DNA from: Flavobacteriaceae bacterium
GTDB taxonomy: Bacteria > Bacteroidota > Bacteroidia > Flavobacteriales > Flavobacteriaceae
Direction: 5' to 3'
DNA length: 58,550 nt
NCBI GenBank assembly: GCA_002725015.1
Contig: PBQM01000038.1
Span: forward strand, 1-58,550
Shown: piece by piece, positions 58,124 through 58,550 of the stretch
Layout: each line of letters begins with the position of its first letter
Numbering within the stretch: position 1 is the stretch's first letter
Made by a program: the position numbers and the translations under genes
The notes under the pieces: model-generated
The model's input: only the letters and a program-made list of their open reading frames with translations
Databases searched by the model: none
Told to the model about the DNA's origin: nothing

Positions 58124-58550
58124 ATGTCAAATTCTGAAATCATTAGAAACTCCAAACATTTGCTAAAGAATAAGTATAATTTGGTGATGGGCCCTTATTT
58201 TGTGGGATTTTGGATACTCCAACTTATTCAAACACCAACAAATAGCAATAACTTCAATGTTAGTGAAGTTGACTTGTATTCTAATTTTGGCGTGTCTCTC
58301 CTAGTAATTCTAATTACTGGGCCTATGACGCTTGGGCTTTATATTTTTACTTTGGCTTTTTTAAACGAAGAGTCGTTAGAATTTAAAAAGATATTCAGCG
58401 GGTTTAAATTTTATTTTAAAGCCCTGTTTGCCTCAGTTATCTATTTAGTTGTTGTACTAATTGGATTTGTACTTTTTATCATTCCAGGAATTGTGTTTGC
58501 CATGATGTTTTCTCAAGTTTATTTCATTATCGCCGACAATCCAGAAGTTG
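58124..58550 (+). CDS. DUF975-family membrane protein, 3'-truncated by the window end
   Basis: Open from ATG 58124 to the end (MSNSEIIRNSKHLLKN...ITGPMTLG...IFSGF...LFIIPGIVFAMMFSQVYFIIADNPE); TACTTTTG -7 box at 58093-58100; not in the ORF track. Confidence 0.8.
   Translation, partial: MSNSEIIRNSKHLLKNKYNLVMGPYFVGFWILQLIQTPTNSNNFNVSEVDLYSNFGVSLLVILITGPMTLGLYIFTLAFLNEESLEFKKIFSGFKFYFKALFASVIYLVVVLIGFVLFIIPGIVFAMMFSQVYFIIADNPEV

Noticed and set aside
1-58550. CRISPR array, rRNA, transposase, integrase or reverse transcriptase
   Set aside because: No regularly spaced repeat-spacer array, rRNA-like segment or matching catalytic motifs were seen by eye in the sequence or ORF track

Overview
Chromosomal segment of a Flavobacteriaceae-like (Bacteroidota) bacterium, as indicated by porZ, TAnnTTTG -7 promoter boxes and a flavobacterial cox3/SCO cluster. 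Most of the window is core genome: rbfA, a LolC/E-type permease, dusB-nadD-gmk-yicC, a cystathionine gamma-synthase/lyase, gdhA, porZ-recO-TBDR-recX, umuC-umuD, rpoN, asnS, MMPL, rplM-rpsI-rpsB-tsf-pyrH-frr, ctaB-cox3-cox3-cox4-SCO-DUF420, a MacAB/TolC-type exporter, tsaB, rsmI, ahpD/osmC, recJ, lpxH-like, queD and a MATE transporter. The first ~2.9 kb is accessory. An AT-rich island ending in a stand-alone HsdR_N/COG4748-like nuclease abuts the 3' end of a tRNA(CAT, probably Ile2). Two inverted pairs of 11-bp-period TCTGTCA repeats, resembling integrase arm-type sites, bracket the tRNA. On the tRNA's 5' side a 1284-bp unit carrying one gluconolactonase gene is flanked by an exact 24-bp direct repeat within ~60 bp of imperfect repeat; this is the best candidate for an undescribed integrase-less cassette mobilised in trans. 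Other notable items are a structured rpsB leader RNA candidate, a cysteine-free SCO paralog plus a CxxC microprotein in the oxidase cluster, umuC placed before umuD, and a frameshifted glycosyltransferase remnant. All family calls come from recognising motifs by eye; no searches were run.
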